Source: a virus (taxonomy: Duplodnaviria > Caudoviricetes). From it: a stretch of 49,574 nucleotides of DNA. The notes beneath the pieces were generated by a model. It had not been told where the DNA came from. It ran no database searches and saw only the letters and a program-made list of their open reading frames with translations. Below, piece by piece: positions 45,225 to 49,574 of this stretch. How positions within the stretch are numbered: the stretch's first letter is position 1; every line of letters begins with the position of its first letter. The translations under genes were made by a program, and so were the position numbers. Location of the stretch: IMG/VR virus record IMGVR_UViG_3300016476_000279, positions 1 to 49,574 of that record. One strand, 5' to 3'.

Positions 45225-45263
45225 GCCTCAAAACCTAGTAAATACGTCGAACAGTATAACAGT

Positions 45264-45325
45264 ATTTCATCAAATGGTGAAATAGGGGTTAATCAAATGA
45301 TGAAATTTAATCAAATGATGAAATT
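45264..45325. repeat. Three pseudo-palindromic repeats TT(C/A)ATCAAATG(A/G)TGAAAT
   Basis: Copies at about 45264-45283, 45288-45306 and 45305-45324. Confidence 0.8.
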
Positions 45326-45362
45326 AGGAATATGTCGGAGACGTTATAAATAAACCATTATT

Positions 45363-45409
45363 TGTAACGTTGTGTGACATGTGTAACGTGACATTTGTAA
45401 CAGTGTAAC
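45363..45409. repeat. TGTAAC/GTGACA array including tandem GTGACAT(G/T)TGTAAC
   Basis: Four TGTAAC copies; a 14 bp unit repeated at 45374-45387 and 45388-45401. Confidence 0.8.
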
Positions 45410-45469
45410 TGGTAAGGTATATTGTCAGGATGTTATAGGAAATGTGCCTTCGGCACAAATATCCATAAG

Positions 45470-45482
45470 AATCAATAGGTTA
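45470..45482 (+). promoter_or_regulatory. IHF-binding consensus
   Basis: AATCAATAGGTTA matches WATCAANNNNTTR exactly. Confidence 0.55.
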
Positions 45483-45535
45483 GGCTGAGAGTTGCCTGAA
45501 TATATGAGAGGGAGTGCATTTTGAACAACATTTAG

Positions 45536-45580
45536 ATGAGAATGATTCTCATTTAGATAATGTAATAAGAATTATTCTCA
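45536..45580. promoter_or_regulatory. Tandem Fur-box-like palindromes
   Basis: ATGAGAAT-G-ATTCTCAT (45536-45552) and TAAGAAT-T-ATTCTCA (45566-45580) fit the 7-1-7 Fur pattern. Confidence 0.6.
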
Positions 45581-45839
45581 AGTAGCCTCAAGGATTGATT
45601 AGGGGCATAAGGGGGGTATGGGGGTAGTGCATTTGGGTGCAATGCCCCTCCAAAATATCTCACAGAAATTCTGACATTGACCCCCCCCTTTTCCTTGTAA
45701 ATGCTCAAGAGATGCTCAAGAAAAAGTATAGACGTCTCCGACATAAATAGGAGATACGTGTCACCAAAGGTGACGGACAGTATTTGGGTATGGAATACGG
45801 ATAATGCGAAATAGGAAACAATTTATATAAAGGATAGAA

Positions 45840-46763
45840 ATGAGTAAGATTGTCTTAGACAATGTGGAGAGTGGATATAATCTACAAAAGATTAATACCA
45901 ACTTCCAGAAAATTGCAGATGAGCTAAATGATAAGGTGTTATATCGGGACAATCCTGCTGGTGAACCTAATTCCGTAGCTCAGGATTTAGACTTAGATGG
46001 TAAGAACATTCTTAATGTTGGAACCCTGTATGTTACAGATGCTCTTACCTTGTCCGGTACGGACATTACACTAGTTTTCCAAGAAGCAGCAGAAGCTTCA
46101 GCAGCAGCTGTGGCTGCAGCAGAGGCAGCTGCTATTAGCGAAGCAAATGCTGCTGCTAGTGAAACAGCAACTGCGGCAGATGCTCTTACAGCTTCTACAG
46201 CTGTAGCCTCTATTGGTAGTTCTGTAGCAGATGCTCAAGCAGCTGAATTAGCTGCGGAGACAGCAGCAACAGATGCTATAGCTAGTGCGGAGCTGGCTAA
46301 TGACTGGGCAGTAAAAATGGATGCTCCAGTAGCAGGAGGAGAATATTCAGCTAAATACTGGGCTTCTCAAACTGGAGATGTAATTGCTACAGCAGCAGCC
46401 AGTGCTACGACAGCCACCACTAAAGCAGCTGAAGCAGCAGCTAGTGCCACTAGTGCATCTGGCAGTGCTACAACAGCTACAACTAAGGCTAGTGAAGCTG
46501 CAAGCAGCTCTTCTAGTGCGTCAGCATATGCCGCACAAGCTCAAGACTGGGCTATTAAAACAGATGGTGTAGTTTCTGGCGGAGAGTATTCGGCTAAGTA
46601 TTGGGCTCAACAAGCAGCCTCTATTGTGTCTGGTGGTCTAATTGACGATACAATAACAAGCTCTATTAAAACTTGGTCTAGCAGTAAAATCAATACACAA
46701 ATTAATTCAGCAGTTCAAGCCATTCCCGATCCCGTGGCAATGGCCCTTGTCTTTGGGAGCTAA
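45840..46763 (+). CDS. Tail fibre / tail-anchored coiled-coil protein
   Basis: KINTNFQKI...LYRDNP N-terminus; Ala-rich stalk; two DWAxKxD...GGEYSAKYWA repeats. Confidence 0.7.
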   Translation: MSKIVLDNVESGYNLQKINTNFQKIADELNDKVLYRDNPAGEPNSVAQDLDLDGKNILNVGTLYVTDALTLSGTDITLVFQEAAEASAAAVAAAEAAAISEANAAASETATAADALTASTAVASIGSSVADAQAAELAAETAATDAIASAELANDWAVKMDAPVAGGEYSAKYWASQTGDVIATAAASATTATTKAAEAAASATSASGSATTATTKASEAASSSSSASAYAAQAQDWAIKTDGVVSGGEYSAKYWAQQAASIVSGGLIDDTITSSIKTWSSSKINTQINSAVQAIPDPVAMALVFGS

Positions 46764-46766
46764 TAA

Positions 46767-47759
46767 ATGGCATTAAAAGGAAAAGCAGTTGTTCTCACCA
46801 CTTCGGATCAGGATATTTACACCTGCCCAGCTACACTAGAAGCTAGTGCTCATGCTCTAGTATTTTCTAACACTTCAGCAAGTGGTGTCGCAATTACAGT
46901 AAAGATTTATGAGTATCTGACTAACACTACAACTACCGTCATGGACGGTAAAGTAGTGTCTGCAGAAGATACGTATTCGTGGCCTAAGCCTATTAATTTA
47001 AGTGCTGGCGATAAGATTGTTGCTAGTGCGGCTACAGGAGCTGTAGTAAGCTGTGTAGTGTCTGCATATCAGAATAGTGCTACTCCAGCAGCAGTAGGCT
47101 TTACACCGAGAGGTGCATGGTCTAGTGGTTCAAACTATGTCGTTAACGATGTTGTGTCGTATAATGGCTCTAGCTATTTGGCTATTCAAGCAAGTACAAA
47201 TCAAAACCCCTCCAGTGCTACAGCCTATTGGATGATTCAGGCTGCTAAGGGAGATACTGGCGCAGCAGGAACAGGATCTGGTGATGTAAGTGGCCCAGCA
47301 AGTTCTATTGATTCTGAAATTGCTTTGTTTGACAGCACTACTGGTAAGTTGATTAAACGAGCCACTACTTCAGGAATTCTAAAAGGAACATCAGGCGTAT
47401 TGTCCGCTGCTACTGCCGGTACTGATTATGCCGGAATGAGTACAGATCAAACTTTTACTGGAAGTCAACGAGGGGCTGTAACAACAGCAAATACTGGTTC
47501 GTTTGATATGAATGCAGCTAATAATTTTATCTGTACTCCTACAGGAACTGTTACACTTACATTTACCAATATAACAGCTGGACAGTCTGGCTATGTAACA
47601 TTGGTAAACGGAAGCAATTATACTATTAGTAAAGCAGCTGCAGTAAAAGTAGCAACAGGCGTTCTTACTGCTATTTCGGCTACAGGAACTTATCAGCTTT
47701 CTTATTTTAGTCCAGACGGTACTAATGTTTATTTGACAGCTTCTGGAGCATTGAGCTAA
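46767..47759 (+). CDS. Tail-associated protein with a carbohydrate-binding-module-like repeat
   Basis: RGAWSSGSNYVVNDVVSYNGSSY...P....YW resembles CBM5/12; GDVSGP motif; beta-rich C-terminus. Confidence 0.65.
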   Translation: MALKGKAVVLTTSDQDIYTCPATLEASAHALVFSNTSASGVAITVKIYEYLTNTTTTVMDGKVVSAEDTYSWPKPINLSAGDKIVASAATGAVVSCVVSAYQNSATPAAVGFTPRGAWSSGSNYVVNDVVSYNGSSYLAIQASTNQNPSSATAYWMIQAAKGDTGAAGTGSGDVSGPASSIDSEIALFDSTTGKLIKRATTSGILKGTSGVLSAATAGTDYAGMSTDQTFTGSQRGAVTTANTGSFDMNAANNFICTPTGTVTLTFTNITAGQSGYVTLVNGSNYTISKAAAVKVATGVLTAISATGTYQLSYFSPDGTNVYLTASGALS

Positions 47760-49574
47760 TGACGATCCTACAGCACAGCATCGCTCAAGCGGCTGCTGCC
47801 GCTAGTGGCTACCAGATCGCTCGCAGCCTGCGCTTTAACAGCGCGGATAGTGCGCATCTTACGCGAACGCCGTCCGTCGCTGGTAATCGAAAGACTTGGA
47901 CGTTTCGTACACATGTGAAGCGAACTGTATTTAGCGGCGATCAGGTTCTTCTGTTTGCCGGAACAACGAATAACAACAACACAATTCGCTTTAATTCAGA
48001 TAACACGATATACGTGTTTCGCTATGACGGCGCAATCACATGGGGCCTAAGTACGACCCCTGTGTATCGTGACCCCGGCGGGTTTTACGATATCCAAGTT
48101 GATGTAGACAGCACTCAAGCTACTTCAACGAATCGTGTAAAGATCACCGTAAACGGGGTGCAGGTAACGGCTTTCACATCCGCTACGTACCCTGCGCTAA
48201 ATTTGGACTCCGATGTGAACAACACGGTAGCCCACGCCATAGGCAGAAACTCTGCTGCCAGTAGCAATAACTTTGACGGCTATTTAGCTGATATTAGACT
48301 TATTGACGGGCAAAACCCGGCTGCTACTAGTTTCGGAGAGATCGACGCAAACACGGGCGTATGGGTTCCCAAAGCCTACGCAGGCACATACGGCACGAAC
48401 GGTTTTTGGCTGAAGCTCGATGACAACAGCAACACCACTGCTGCGACGCTCGGCAAAGACTCGTCCGGCAACGGCAACAACTGGACACCGAACAACTTCA
48501 GCGTCACCGCTGGCGTCGGCAATGACTCGCTGGTGGACAGCCCGACTTGGTACGGCACGGACACGGGCGCAGGCGGCGAGGTGCGGGGGAATTACTGCAC
48601 GATCAACCCATTAACTGCAAGTTTGACGGCTTCTGTAACATTATCTGACGGCAATCTTTGCATGACAAAGGCTTCGTCAACAATTGATTTTAGAGCAATC
48701 GGGACGATTGCTTATCCTTCGTCTGGGAAATGGTATTACGAATTTACGCTTACAGCGATTAACGCCTCTACATCGAATCAAATGTTTGTTGGCATCGCAG
48801 ACTTTGTTACTGCTACTGCTACAGGATTTGGCGCGTATTTCGCAAACGGGTATTTTTATTTAGATGAAACAGGTAACAAAGCAACAGCAGCAAGTGGTGC
48901 AGGAACTGCATACGGAGCAACGTGGACTACAAATGACGTTATTGGTGTTGCCTATGATGCCGACAACGGAACAATTACGTTCTATAAAAACGGAGTATCT
49001 CAAGGCGTAGCGTACACCGGAATTTCTTCAGCGACTGTTTGGTATCCAGCATTTACGCAAATTGGCGGATCGTCTAGCTCTACTTCTTACCTAAACTTCG
49101 GCCAGCGCCCATTCGCCTACACCGCGCCCAGCGGGTTCAAGGCGCTTTGCACGACCAACCTGCCGACACCGGCGATTGGGGCGAGTGCGAGTACGTTGGC
49201 GTCGAAGAACTTTAACGTGGTGACGTACACAGGTAACGGCACGGTCACTGGCAACACGCAGTCCATCACTGGTGTGGGCTTCCAGCCCGACTTTACTTGG
49301 ATTAAATCCAGAAGTTCTGGCACACAGTGGCATTTGCTAAATGATGCCATTCGCGGAACGAACAAACTGCTGTATTCAAACGACACAGCGGTAGAAGCCA
49401 CTGTTACGAACGTATTCAATTCATTCAACGCAGACGGGTTTACCGTTGCGTATAACTCCAGTTATACAAGTGCGCAGTCCAATGCTAACGGCTCTACCTA
49501 TGCCGCATGGAACTGGAATGCTGGCGGCTCAACTGTCACCAACACCAGCGGATCGATCAGCAGTCAGGTAAGAG
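47759..49574 (+). CDS. Large tail fibre/receptor-binding-like protein with LamG/ConA-like and SPRY-like regions (3' truncated; absent from the ORF track)
   Basis: ATG overlaps the upstream TAA; the frame is open to the window end: MTILQHSIAQ...SLRFNSADS...YRDPG...FDGYLAD...SGKWYYE...DVIGVAYDADNG..TFYKNG...NFGQRPF...VTYTGNG. Confidence 0.85.
   Translation, partial: MTILQHSIAQAAAAASGYQIARSLRFNSADSAHLTRTPSVAGNRKTWTFRTHVKRTVFSGDQVLLFAGTTNNNNTIRFNSDNTIYVFRYDGAITWGLSTTPVYRDPGGFYDIQVDVDSTQATSTNRVKITVNGVQVTAFTSATYPALNLDSDVNNTVAHAIGRNSAASSNNFDGYLADIRLIDGQNPAATSFGEIDANTGVWVPKAYAGTYGTNGFWLKLDDNSNTTAATLGKDSSGNGNNWTPNNFSVTAGVGNDSLVDSPTWYGTDTGAGGEVRGNYCTINPLTASLTASVTLSDGNLCMTKASSTIDFRAIGTIAYPSSGKWYYEFTLTAINASTSNQMFVGIADFVTATATGFGAYFANGYFYLDETGNKATAASGAGTAYGATWTTNDVIGVAYDADNGTITFYKNGVSQGVAYTGISSATVWYPAFTQIGGSSSSTSYLNFGQRPFAYTAPSGFKALCTTNLPTPAIGASASTLASKNFNVVTYTGNGTVTGNTQSITGVGFQPDFTWIKSRSSGTQWHLLNDAIRGTNKLLYSNDTAVEATVTNVFNSFNADGFTVAYNSSYTSAQSNANGSTYAAWNWNAGGSTVTNTSGSISSQVR

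Noticed and set aside
45129-45353. 74 aa ORF with an NQMMKF repeat
   Set aside because: The repeat is a by-product of the DNA palindrome array, there is no clear RBS, and it overlaps the promoter motifs.
45264-45409. Possible CRISPR or mini-array
   Set aside because: The repeats are 14-20 bp and nearly adjacent, with no unique spacers of regular length and no cas genes.
45363-45409. Pho box interpretation of the GTGACA/TGTAAC array, given phoH
   Set aside because: The repeat period is 14 bp rather than the 11 bp expected for PhoB boxes.
47759-49574. Diversity-generating retroelement targeting the fibre gene
   Set aside because: There is no reverse transcriptase and no template/variable repeat pair differing at adenines in the window.

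Overview
This window is a near-complete genome of a lytic podovirus, opened inside a tail-fibre-like gene. Its gene content and order resemble the Zobellviridae (SIO1/PA11-like); that placement comes from recalled family features, not from a database search. The + strand (45840 to the end, then 1-22131) carries tail fibres, a lysis cassette, terminase, portal, scaffold, capsid, tail tube, ejection proteins and a lytic transglycosylase. The - strand (44597 to 22175) carries early genes, a five-enzyme amide/peptide-ligase cluster, a primase-helicase, a phage sigma factor, a histone H1-like protein, a higher-GC island with an adenine methylase, a family A DNA polymerase, SSB, nucleases, ThyX, class II RNR and PhoH. 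The two arms meet at a bidirectional terminator near 22150 and diverge at a 1.2 kb non-coding region (44600-45840) that probably holds the genome ends. The most striking signal is in that non-coding region: three sigma54 -24/-12 motifs, two arrays of enhancer-like palindromes, two boxA-like elements, an IHF consensus and tandem Fur-like boxes, while no activator is encoded in the window. Other notable points are a three-copy TGTCTAC-N15-GGGTAT promoter candidate for the phage sigma factor, a probable ATC start codon and lost Zn ligands in the primase, paired active-site substitutions in the polymerase, and a small domain shared by the first and last genes of the ligase cluster. All functional calls come from motif recognition by eye.
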